Shown here piece after piece: positions 20,716-34,404 of a DNA stretch of 64,000 nucleotides (position 1 is the stretch's first letter; each line of letters begins with the position of its first letter). Origin of the DNA: the human T2T-CHM13v2.0 reference genome, Homo sapiens. The notes below the pieces were generated by a model that saw only the letters and a program-made list of their open reading frames with translations, was not told the DNA's origin and did no database searches. Both the position numbers and the translations under genes were made by a program. The stretch is taken from NCBI RefSeq assembly GCF_009914755.1, contig NC_060930.1. One strand, written 5' to 3'.

Positions 20716-22865
20716 GTCTTTTTTTTAACATCTGTCTTATCTTTTTAAAATTTTTTTATTCCAAAAGTTTTTGAGGAACAGGTGGTGTTTTGTTCCATGG
20801 AAAAGTTCTTTGGTGGTGATTTCTGAGGTTTTGGTACACCTATCATCCAAGCACTATACACTGTACCCAATGTGTAGTCTTTTATTCCTCATCTCCCTCC
20901 CACCTTCCCTGCAAATTCCCGAAGTCTATTATATCATTCTTATGCCTTTGTGCCCTCATAGTTTAGCTCTCACTTATAAGTGAGAACATACAATGTTTGG
21001 TTTTCTATTCCTGAGTTACCTCACTTAGAATAATGGTCTCCAACTCCATCCAGGTTGCTGCAAAAACCATTATTTCATTCCTTTTTATGGCTCAGTAGTA
21101 TTCCATGGAATATATATATATCACATGTTCTTTATCCACTCGGTTGATGGCATTTAGGCTTGTGCTGCTATAAACGTGTGTGTGCAAGTGTCTTTTTCAA
21201 ACAATGATTTCTTTTCCTATGGGTAGATACCCAGTAGTGGAATTGCTGGATCAAATGGCAGTTTTATTTTTAGTTCTTTAAGGAATTGCCATAGTGTTTT
21301 CCATAGTGTTGTACTGGTTTACATTCCCACAAGCAGTGTAAAACTGTTTCCCTTTCATCACATCCATGCCAACATCTATTATTTTTTGATTTTTTAATTA
21401 TGGCCATTCTTACAGGAGTAAGGTGGTATGTCACTATGGTTTTGATTTGCATTTCCCTGATAATTAGTGATGTTGAGCATTTTTTCATATATTCGCTGGC
21501 CATTTGTATATCTTCTTTTGAGAACTGTCTATTCATGTTCTTAACCCACTTTCTGATGGGATTATTATTTTTTTTTCTTGCTGATTTGAGTTCCTTTTAG
21601 ATTCTGGATATTAGTCCTTTGTCAGATGCGTAGTTTGTGAAGATTTTCTCCCACTCTGTGGGTTGTCTGTTTACTCTGCTGATTATTTCTTTTGCTGTGC
21701 AGAAGATTTTTAGTTTAATTAAGTCACATCTATTTGTCTTTTTGTTTTTGGGTTCTTGGGCATGAACTCTTTGCCTAAGCCAATGTCTATAATAGTTTTT
21801 TGATGTTATCTTCTAGAATTTTTATGGTTTCAGGTCTTAGATTTAAGTCCTTGATCCATCTTCAGTTGATTTCTGAATAAGGTGAGAGACAAAGATCCAG
21901 CTTCATTCTTCATTGTGGCTTGCCAATTATCCCAGCACCATTTGTTGAATAGGGTGTCCTTTCTCCATTTTATGTTTTGTTTGTTTGTTTTTTTCTTTGT
22001 CGAAGATCAGTTGGCTGTAAATATTTGACTGTATTTCTGGGTTCTCTATTCTGTTCCATTGGTCTATGTGCCAATTTTTATAGCAGTACCATGCTGTTTT
22101 GGTAACTATATCCTTGAAGTATAGTTTGAAGTTGGGTAATGTGATGCCTATAGATTTGTTCTTTTTGCTTAGTCTTCCTTGGCTATGTGGGATCTTTTTG
22201 TGTTCCATTTGAATTTTAGGATTTTTTTTCTAGTTCTGTGAAGAATAATGATGGTATTTTGATGGGAATTGCATTGGATTTGTAGATTGCTTTTGGCAGT
22301 ATGGTTATTTTCACATGCTCATGGATTCTACCCATCCATGAGCATGGGATGTGTTTTCATTTGTTTGTGTCATTCATGATTTCTTTCAGCAGTGTTTTGT
22401 AGTTTTCCTTGTAGAGATCTTTCACCTCCTTGGTTAGGTGTATATACATATATATACTTTTTTTTTTTTTTTTTGCAGCTGTTGTAAAAGGGGTTGAGTT
22501 CTTGATTTCATTCTCAGCTTGGTCATTGTTGTTACATAGCAGTGCTACTAATTTGTGTACATTGATTTTGTATCCCAAAACTTTACTGAATTCATTTATC
22601 AGATCTAGGAGCTTTTTCAGGTGAGTATTTAGAATTTTCTAGGTATATGATCATATCATCAATGAACAGCAACAGTTTGACTTCCTCTTTACTGATTTAA
22701 ATGCTCTTTATTTCTTTCTTTTGTCTGATTCCTCCAGCTAGGACTTCCAGTACAATGTTGAATAGCAGTGGTGAAAGTGGGCATCCTTGTCTTGTTCTAG
22801 TTCTCAGTGGGAATGCTTTTAGCTTTTCCCCTTTCAGTATAATGTTGGCTGTGGGTTTGTCATAG

Positions 22866-23165
<300 letters not shown>

Positions 23166-23828
23166 CATAGATGGCTTTTATTACCTTGAGGTGTGTTCCT
23201 TTTATGCCCATTTTTCTGAGGGTTTTAATCATAAAGGGGTGCTGGATTTTGTCAAATGCTTTTTCTGCATCTATTGAGATGATCATAAGATTTTTGTTTT
23301 TACCTCTGTTTACATAGTGTATCACATTTATTGACTTGTGTATGTTAAACCATCCTTCCATCCCTGGTATGAAACCCATTTGATCATGGTGTATTATCTT
23401 TTTGACATGCTATTGAATTTAGTTAGTATTTTGTTGATGATTTTTGCATCTATGTTCAACAGGGATATTGGTCTGGTTCCTTTTTTTTTTAATGTCCTTT
23501 CTTGGTTTTGGTATTAGAGTGATACTGGCATCATAGAATGATTTAGGGAGGATTCCCTCTCTCTCTATCTTTTGGAATAGTTTCAGTAAGATTGGTACCA
23601 ATTCTTTGAATACCTGATAGAAATCAGCTGTGAATCCATCTGGTCCTGGACCTTTTCTTGTTGGAAAATTTTAAATTACTGTTTTCAATCTTGCTACTTG
23701 TTATTGGTCTGTTAGGGGCTTCTATTTCTTCCTGATTTAATCTAGAAGGGTTGTTTACTTCCAGGAATTTATCCATCTCCTCTAGATTTTCTAGTTTGTG
23801 TGCATAAAGGTGTTCATAGTAGCCTTGA

Positions 23829-24405
<577 letters not shown>

Positions 24406-25586
24406 TCCTGTTACATTTCTAATTGAGCTTATTTGAATCTTCTCTCTTCTTTTTTTGGTTAATCTCACTAATGATCTATCAATTTTGCTTATCTTTTCAA
24501 AGAACCAGCTTTTTGTTTCATTTATCTTTTATTTATTTATTTTTTTGTTTCAATTTTATTTAGTTCTGCTCTGATCTTCATTATTTCTTTTCTTCTGTTT
24601 TGGGGATCTTGGGTTCGGGTTTGGGTTTGGGTTGTTCTTGCTTCTCTAGTTCCTTGAGGTGTGACCTTAGATTGTCTATTTGTGTTCTTTCAGGCTTTTT
24701 GATGTAAGCATTTAATACTATGAACTTACCTCTTTGGACCACTTTTGCTGTATCCCAGAAGTTTTGATAAGTTGTGTCACTGTTATTGTTCAGTTCAAAT
24801 AATTTTTAAATTTCCTTCTTGATTTAATTGTTGGCCTAAAGAACATTCAGGAGCAGGTTGTCTAATTTCCATGTATTCGTATAGTTTGGAATTTATTTCC
24901 AATTTTATTCCACTGTGGTCTGAGAGAGTACTCGGTATAATTTTGATTTTCTTAAATTCGCTGAGACCTGTTTTGTGGCCTATTATGTGATCTATCTTGG
25001 AGGATATTCCATGTGCTGATGAATAGAATGTATATTCTGCAGTTGTTGGGTAGAATGTTCTGTAATTATCTGTAAAATCTATTTGCTCTAGGGTGTAGTT
25101 TAAGTCCACTGAAAAACTCCAATCTTAAACTGTTACAGTGAGTTATATAATGAAGATGGGAGTTTAATCATAAAGAGAGTAAGTGGGTAATAAGAGATTT
25201 GCTGTCTTCTCAACTCCTGTAGGATGGTTCTAACGAAGTAATTCCAACAGCTGTGTGTCACCTGTGTCAAGAGCAATGATTTAAAGACAAGCCGTGTGTG
25301 CTATTCTGCTGTGTATCACTTGCAGAGGGTGTATGAGTAGGTATCTCTGTCAAGAGTCATTTTCCTATGAATCCATTACTTCAGTAACAATATTATTTAG
25401 TATACAAACTGGAACACTTTAAGAATAAAAGGTACTATAAAGACTTCAAGAATATAGGCATAAACCTGGGCTCTCATGGACAAATTGGGAAATGTGATCA
25501 CCCAGTCTATAATTCACTTGAAATACTGCAATTGCTTGCAGTAACAATACCATGACACATCATCAGTCATAGCAATCTGTGCTTGC

Positions 25587-25663
25587 CTTTTGCCTTCACT
25601 TTCATAAGTTCCAGTAGCCTTCGATTTTCTTCTTCGAGTCTCAATTCCTCTTCTGTGGCTTTT
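25587..25663 (-). CDS. AK9: AK9 coding exon (77 nt, phase 2-1, GC donor): KATEEELRLEEENRRLLELMKVKAK
   Basis: atttcag|AAAAGCC ... AAAAG|gcaagc. Splicing at this GC donor restores KVKAK-EAEETD with the next exon. Confidence 0.9.
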
Positions 25664-26886
25664 CTGAAATGAAAAGGTTCAAATTTAATTATCTTTGGAA
25701 ATTCAGACTTCTCACACTATTACAGGATTAAATGCTTATAGTGTTAAAAATAAAGATTAAATCTTATTATACTTACTTTACAATGTATATTTTTAAATTA
25801 CTCATGTTGAGACTAGTTACTTTTCAGCATTTTCTTCTGGGGGAGAAAAACTGGAATGTTATACTTTGAAAAACTTTGTCTATTAATTAGGAAACATGTC
25901 AAAAATAAGAAAGGATTACCTAACTGTATGTTGAAAAGGCAAATGGAAGGATTTGTAGCATTTTTCCTCTGATTTAATGGTAAATGTTCACAATATAATG
26001 TCAAGTAAGAAAAGTCAAATATAAAACTGTATGTATAATATAATTTTAATTTGGTATTTAGAATGCATATAAATGAGGATTAAAAGTCTAGGAGAAAACC
26101 AATCAAATGGTCAACATGGATGATGGCATATAAGTGTTTTAAGTTTTCTTTAACTTTTTGCATTAAAATTTTTTCTATATTGAATAAGCAGAACATTTGT
26201 AAATTTATCTTTCTAATAAGAAAAAAACCCTAATTATTTTATTTTTAACATAGTAGTGATGAAATTTAAAGAGACCTGGAATATGGAGACTTAAAAACCT
26301 GGGGGGAATCTGTTTTTCATTAGGATTGAAGCACCAAACCGGCCTTAACGATGGTAAAGAAAGGTGGACGGAAAGTTAGTAAAATGCTGGAGAAAGGCAA
26401 CATTTATTAAAAATTAAAATGTTTGATCTAGAAATCTATATCTAGGAATTTAGCCCTCAGAAACAGGAATACTACTGCACAAAGAAACACACAAAAGAAT
26501 GTTGACTGAATCTTTAAAAAATTTTAACAAAAAATTATATCAGGTATTCATCGGTTAAGGAAGAGCCCATTCATGTCAGCAGCATACACTGGGGGCACAG
26601 CTTTCCTCAGACCTGTTATTTTCTCATACTCCGCGTTCTTTGCATCCATTTTCCCTTCTTTTGAAAGCTAGTTACACATAAGACATTACTACACCTCTTC
26701 TCCCAGCAGGTCGGCTTCCTGTTAATGGAGGACATTCTCTCACTGCATTCCAAATCCTGTGTTCCTGCCGGAAGTCTTGGCGTAATTCAAGTTCTCTTTG
26801 CTCGTGACTCAGCCCTCTGAGGCTACTGAGTGTTGTTTCTGAACTCCTTTCCCATTTTGTCTGTGTGTGAACAGGCAGTTATTCTG

Positions 26887-29206
26887 CAGGCATACCTTGC
26901 CTTATTGTGCTTTGCTTCATTGCGCTTTACAGATATCGTGTTTTTTTTTTGTGTTTTTTTGTTTTGTTTTACAAGTTGAGGGTTTGTGGCAACCCTGCAA
27001 TAAGCAACTCTATTTCAAACTTCCTCATTATTATTATGTGTCAGTGATCTGTGATCAATGGCCTTTGATGTTACTATTATCATTGTTTGGGGCACCATGA
27101 ACCACATCTATATAAGACGGTGAACTTAATTGATAGATGCTGTGGGTGTTGTGACTGCTCCACTGACTGGCTGATCCCTTGACTCCCTCCCTCTCCTCAG
27201 GCCTCCCTATTCTCTAAGACACAATACTATTGAAATGAGGCCAATTAATAACCCTACAATGGCCTCCAGCTTTTTAAGTGAAAAAAAGAGCCCCACATTT
27301 GTCACTTTAAATCAAAAGCTAGAAATGGCTAAGCTTAGTGAGGAAGGTATATTGAAGGCTGAGATAGTCCAAAAGCTATGCCTCTGGTGCAAAATAGTTA
27401 GCCAAGTTGTGAATGCCAAAGAAATGTTCTTCAAGGAAATTAAATGTGCTACTCCAGTGAATACACTAATGATACAAAAGTAAAACAGCCTTACTATTGA
27501 TATGGAGAAAGTTTTTGAGTGGTCTGATTAGAAGATCAAACCAGCCACAACATTCCCTTAAGCCAAAGTCTAATCAGGAGCAAGGCCCTAATTCGCTTCA
27601 ATTCTGTGATGGCTGAGGGAGGCAAGGAACCTGGAGAAGAAAAGTTTGAAGCTAGCAGAAGTTGGTTCATGAGGCTTAAGGAAAGAAGCCATCTCTGTAA
27701 CATCAAAATGCAGTGCAAGGTGAAGCAGGCAAGTGCTGATGTAGGAGCTGCAATAAGTTATTTAGAAGACCTAGCTAAGACCATAGACAAAGGTGGCTAC
27801 ACTAAACAACAGATTTTTCAATGTCAACAAAACAGGCTTCTATTGGAAGAAGATGCCATCTAGGACTTTCAGAGTTAGAGAGGAGAAGTCAATGCCTGGC
27901 TTCAAAGCTTTAAGGGACAGGCTGACACTCTTATTAAGGGCTTGTGCAGCTGGTGAAGCTAATGCCCATTTCCCAGTCCAAAAATCCTAGGCCCCCTAAT
28001 TAACTATGCTAAATCTACTCTGCCTGTGCTCTACAAATAGAACAAAGCCTAGATGCCAGTACATCTGTTTACAGCATGCTTTACTGAGTATTTTAACTGC
28101 TGTTGAGATCTACTGCTTAGAAAAAAAGATTAATTTCAAAATATTACTGCCCATTGACAATGCAGATAGTCACCCAAGAGCTCTGATGAAGACACATAAG
28201 GAGAATGAATGTTTTCATGCCTGCTAATGCAACATCCATAACGCAGCCCATGGATCAAAGAGTAATTTTGACTTTTAAGTCTAATTATTAAGAAACACAT
28301 TTCATAAGACTACAGCTGTCATAGATAGTGATTCCTCTAATAGATCTGAGCAAAGTAAATTGAAAACCTTCTGGAAAGGATTTACCATTGCAGAAGCCAT
28401 TAAGAACATTCATGATTTGTGGGAGGAGGTCAAAATATCCACATTAACAGGAATTTGGAAGAAGGTGATTCCAACCCTCATGGATTACTTTAATAAGTTC
28501 AGGACTGTAATGAAGGAAGTAACTGCAGATGTAGTGAAAATAGCAAGATAATTAGAATTAGAAGTGAAGCCTAAATTGCTGCAATCTCATGATCAAACTT
28601 GAACAGATGAAGAGTTCTTCTCATGGATGAGAAAAGAAATTGGTTTCTTGAGATGGAATCTATTCTTGGTGAAGATGCTGTGAATACTGTTGAAATTACA
28701 ACAAAAAATTTAGAATACCACATAAACTTGGTTGATAAAGTAGTGGTGGGTTTGAGAGGATTGACTCCAATTTTGAAAGAAGTTCTACTGTGGGTAAAAT
28801 GCTATCAAACAACATTACATACTACAGAAAAATATTTTGGGAAAGAAAGAGTAATAAACAGATACAACAAACTTCATCATTGTCCTAGTTTAAGAAATTT
28901 CCATAGCCACCCCAACCTTTGGCAACCACTACCCTTATCGGTCAGCAGCCAACAACACTGAGGCAAAACCTTCCACCAGGAAAATGATTGACTCACTAAA
29001 GGCTCAGATGATCATCACCATGTTATTTTAAAGCATTTTAAAATTAAGGTATATACATTTTTAGACATAATGCTATTGCACACTTAATAGATGACAATAT
29101 TGTGTAAACATAACTTTTATATGCACTGGGAAGCAAAAAAACTCATGTGACTTGCTTTACTGTGGTGGCCTGGAACCAAACCTGCAATATTTCCAAGCTA
29201 TGCCTG
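26887..29206 (+). mobile_element. Near full-length Tigger1 DNA transposon with pseudogenised transposase
   Basis: TIRs caggcatacctt... / ...ccaagctatgcctg followed by TA. Transposase fragments ([29 protein letters not shown]) in ORFs 27235..28961. Confidence 0.95.
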
Positions 29207-31159
29207 TACCTCAGATGGGGCTCTTTGTGACATCTTCCTTATCCAAATCCTGGATCAAGTATGTTGCTGCTGAGAATCTAAGACCTGAACAGAACAAGGA
29301 AGAATTTTGCTGCCAGTTCTTAGAAATTTCTGTAACCCACTTGGATAGATGATCCAATGACTAACAATATGACAGAAATTATCTTGCCATTTGACTAGCA
29401 TATTTGGAAACTGATGCTGGAAAAGTTTTAAAATTTAGCATGTCTTTAGATATTTGATCAAGATGCAGTTCTTAATCCTGTTAAGTTTCTCTCTTTTCTA
29501 ACCAACCTATAAGGCCTTTAAGTGAGTGTCTGACAGTTTTTTAAAAACCATCTTAAATTTTATTTCTGAAGTATAAAGGAAAAAAGTTTGTTTTGAAAAA
29601 CTCATGTTGAATTTTAAAAATCAACATATAAAAACATAGAAAAGCCTGCTTCAATCTGGGCAGGTGATATTAAGGAGTTTATAAAGATGTAAAAATTTAG
29701 AATCAAAAGAAGTAAAGATTGATTATAAAAATAACTTAGAGAATTCCATATGGTTAAAGAGGTGAAGGTAGAATTGACAGAAAGTGGAGAAGATATCTTT
29801 TCCTTTTTAAAAAAAGTTAAAGGTATACATATTTTTAATATATTTAAGATGTAGCAGATCTCCAGTCTACAAATCACATCAACTTTGTTTTACTCTTATG
29901 TTGAGATCTCCATCTGTTCTCAAAGATTGGACTAGTTCTCACACACTGGAAAAAGATTAAGTAATTCCTTAATTATCAACAGATTATAGCTGATCTGTAG
30001 ATTGAGTATAGCTGATTGGAGCTAATTAGTAGATTTGTAACAAAAGTTTTCAAAGCTAAAAGGGAATATAAGTAAGTTTGTAATTATTGTCTGAATTAAA
30101 GTACTGTTTGGTCAATATATCACATAATAATTTTATTAACTAATTTAACTAAATCTTACATATTTGTGTGTTAAATTTCTAAAGGAGTGACTAGCTTAAA
30201 TGAATAATGAACACTAAAAAATAAAATCCTCTGGCACACATATCAGTTAAACTGCTCTCTACCTCTGTAATTATCCACCTCCCAGCTTCTTCATTTCTAG
30301 GGTTTAAAGAGCTCTCCTAAGTCTCAGCTCAAATAGCTAATATTTGAAAGGGAAAAGGAAACAGCATTTAAGAAAGCCATAGGTGCCATCATCAATAGTA
30401 GGAAGTTCCATGGATTTACACAGAAAAATTTAATTCTTAAATGTCTAGGCCTTTATTACTTTGAATAGTAGAAATCCCAGTGGACAAATTAAAACGTAAA
30501 GTATTTAAAGAGAATTTTTTAGTAAGGAAGAACAATTAGCAAACTAAGTCATTGTTTCTTTTAATATTTTATTCTTCAATCTGAAGGACTTATAGTTTAT
30601 TAAAGTTTAGTATTGACCCCTGCCATGAACAGATAACTGTGTGGTCACATTTTAAAAAGTCATTCATTATACCCAGATTAGAGAATAAGCCCTCAATGTT
30701 AAACCTGTCAAACATAAATAATTAGCCTGGTCTTTCCATGTGTAGAACTTAGTCAGGCTTTGGATTTTAGTCATGTCGCACAAGTACTATATATTTTCAT
30801 CTGCTTCCTATGATGTTGTTTCTTCAATTTGTAAATGCTAGTTAACAAAATTAAGTCACAGATAAATATAACAATATATATATCTTACCCATGCTCATTT
30901 TTTAAATAGTGTCTTTTAAGAGCAGATGCTTGATTTAGAATAAGTTTGATATGGGCTGGGAAAAAATCACAACTGTGTGCTTTAGAGATTCTGGAAGTAT
31001 TTGTGAAATCGCTGCTTTTCTTAAAATTAACTAGAATCAGATCAAGATAATAAATTATCATTTCAATATTAAATATATTCTATAAGTATAATTGCAAGAA
31101 GATATTTAACTGCTATAACAGATACATTAATCTGTTTTATCATTCTAGGCAGATTTTAC

Positions 31160-31274
31160 CTTGCTTCTTCTTCTTCTTTTTTTTTCTTTTGTAGTTCTTC
31201 TAATAATCTTTCTAAAATCTTAGAGTCAATTTCAGATTTCTTCTGTAAATATATTCTATTAAATAAACATTTTC
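31160..31274 (-). CDS. AK9: AK9 coding exon (115 nt, phase 1-2): KCLFNRIYLQKKSEIDSKILERLLEELQKKKKEEEEAR
   Basis: atttcag|GAAAATG ... GCAAG|gtaaaa; in frame. Confidence 0.94.
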
Positions 31275-31952
31275 CTGAAATACAGATAAGGAGACTAATA
31301 TTACTTTTGTAGCTTATAAAATACAGTGAGATGTATTTTGAAGATTAACACAAACATTATTTCTGCTTATATCTAAATACATTTTCCTTTAAGCATGTAT
31401 CTAAATAGAGCCCAGATTCTTTAAAATATTAATAGACCATCTTAAATTCTTTTAAAAAGGTATGTATGAATACAGTAGAAATAAGTAAAACATGAAAAGA
31501 GGTAGTATATTATATTTTTCCCCTGGCAATTCCCATTTTGAATATCTTACTTTAAGAGGCAAACAGAATAATTAAAATTTAGCTCTGCTAAATTTATGTA
31601 CCTCATTTTTCCTACTTGAGGTGAAGAAGAACTAACATTTAGTCTTTGCCCTCAGCCTTATATGTTATTCATTTAGAAGTTATAGCTTCTAATTGTGTGT
31701 GTGTGCGTGCTAAACTGTAAGCTTTAAAGAAAAATTACAACGGCCAGCTAGAACATTCAACCATCCGGCACTTATTCCTGGCCACCTTCTCAGTATATGG
31801 AAGCCTCATTTTGTGTACCTCTAGTTCCTGCAGGGATTGCTGGGGTGGGTATTTCTATCTAGGAAGAGTGGAGAGTTGTCCGTTCTATATTTAACCAAAA
31901 ATATCAATAACAAAACTTCACTTTCAAATTTACATAATAAATATTTACCAAC

Positions 31953-32109
31953 CATTGTTTTCTGTATCTGATAAATAGATGACCAAATCAGGTATAATTC
32001 CTTTCTTGATTAAGGCCATCCACAATTCTTTTACAATAGGGCAGTTGTCCACAATCCAGCCTCCATATTTTGGGGCACCAGGAAACCTATCCTTGTTTTC
32101 TTCCATTAC
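31953..32109 (-). CDS. AK9: AK9 coding exon (157 nt, phase 0-1): VMEENKDRFPGAPKYGGWIVDNCP...IIPDLVIYLSDTENNG
   Basis: tttcacag|GTAATGG ... AATG|gttggt. GGWIVDNCP resembles the adenylate-kinase GFxLDGFP motif; ORF 31945..32157. Confidence 0.95.
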
Positions 32110-32305
32110 CTGTGAAAAATTGTACACTGATATTACTATCATAGCTTGACAAGTCAAGGATGCAACCTTGATATGTAATTTTTGTGGATCTTAAACAAGT
32201 ATCTTTTGAGTTCTTCTTTCAAAAGGAAAAAAAAGGGTGACAATTTTTAAAGCTAAACTTAATTTTAAAGCAATAAAATCGTAAGTTTAAAAAGTTAAGA
32301 ATGGA

Positions 32306-32440
32306 GGCTGGGCGAAGTGGTGCATGCCTGTAGTATCAGCTACACAGGAGGCTGAGGCAGGAGGATTGCTTGAGCCCAGGTGTTTGAGGTTGCAGTAAGC
32401 TATAATTGTGCCACTGCACCAGTGTCAGACCCTGTCTCTA
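32306..32440 (+). mobile_element. Alu monomer (FRAM/AluJ right arm)
   Basis: Single right-type monomer. Confidence 0.8.
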
Positions 32441-32529
32441 ATGAGACAACGACAACCAAAGTTAACAAAGGGAAGAACAGACTTTGTGAAATAAATATAA
32501 TAATACATTTTTGCTATACATTACTCAGA

Positions 32530-32625
32530 GGACAGATCATGATTCAGAAGGTCTGGGGAATGGCCCTAGAGTCTACATTTCTAACATGCTTCCAGGTGAT
32601 AATGATGCCTGGACCACTCTAAGTA
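32530..32625. mobile_element. MER5A fragment
   Basis: gattcagaaggtctgggg...atttctaacatgcttccaggtgat. Confidence 0.65.
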
Positions 32626-33019
32626 GAAAGCTCCTGGTCCAGCTTGCCTTTTCAGTGACAACACCCTTCACTTCTCTTCTGCTTTCATTTCTCAGTGTGA
32701 GAGCTAAAAGGTACTGAGATGGTTCCTACTGATGGCAGTAGGAAGCATGGAGTCAAAACAACAAAACAAACTTTGCAGGTGCTTAGAGAATTCTGCTAAA
32801 TTCTTGTCTTCCTGCTTCTCTCCAATAGCAATAGTTTCAACACATATTTGGAAATTAGTAATGTGTATCTATGAAAACACCAATTCTGAGAGCTTCAAAC
32901 AAGTTTGTGTACCATTAGGTAATCACAAAATATTACAAGTCAAAGGGGAAGAGATGTCAAGAGGGCCAATATTACCCTCTTGACAGGCCTATGCAGAATT
33001 TAAAATTATCTGCTTTTTG

Positions 33020-33143
33020 ATTTTTTTTTAGACGAGGTCTTGCTATGTTGTCGAGGCTGGTTTAGAACTCTTGGGCTGAGGCAATCCTCCCCCTTTAGCC
33101 TCCTGAGTAGCTGGGACTATAGGCTTGCACCACTATGTCCATC
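33020..33143 (-). mobile_element. FLAM Alu monomer
   Basis: Single monomer with poly-T. Confidence 0.82.
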
Positions 33144-33954
33144 TTGCTTTTTGAATTATTATCTGAATAAGCAGTCTTTTAAAAAATAATTTTAAGCACT
33201 TTGAAATGTTTAACATAAGAGAATTAGGGAAAAAGAAAGCTATGAAGAAGACCTATAAATGGTTAACACAAATTTAACCATTCAAATTTGAAATTGTATT
33301 TTTGAAACAAATTTTCAAACAATTTTACAATGTTTCAATTGTTGTTTGAAACAAAACAACATTGAGATATAACTTATAATTTCTCCACCTCATTCAACTT
33401 TATTTATTTGTTGTGTATATTCATGGGTTACAAGTGCAATTTTGCTGCATTGATATATTGCACTGTGGTGAAGTCAGGGCTTTCAGTGCATCCATCACCA
33501 GAGCAAGGCACACTGTATCAGCCAAGCAAGCTCCCATCATTCACCACTTCCCCACCCCTCTGATACTCTATTGTCCATCATTCCATATTCTGCTTCCATG
33601 TGTACACATTGTTTAGCTCCCAATTGTGAGAACATGCGGTATTTGTCTTTCTGTGTCTGAGTTGTTTCACTTAAGATAATGGCCTCCAGTTCCATCCATG
33701 TTACTGCAAAAGACATGATTTCATTCTTCACTAATGAACACTTAGGTTGATTCCGCGGCATTGTTATTGTTAATAGCGCTGCAATAAGCATACTAGTGCA
33801 GGTGTCTTTTTGATAAAAAGGCTTCTTTTCCTTTGAGCAGATACTCAATAATGGGATTGCGGTTCAATGGTAGTCTTATTTTTAGTTCTTTGAGAAATCT
33901 CTACACCATTTTCATAAAGGTGTACCAATTTACATTCCCATTAACAGTGTATAA

Positions 33955-34404
<450 letters not shown>

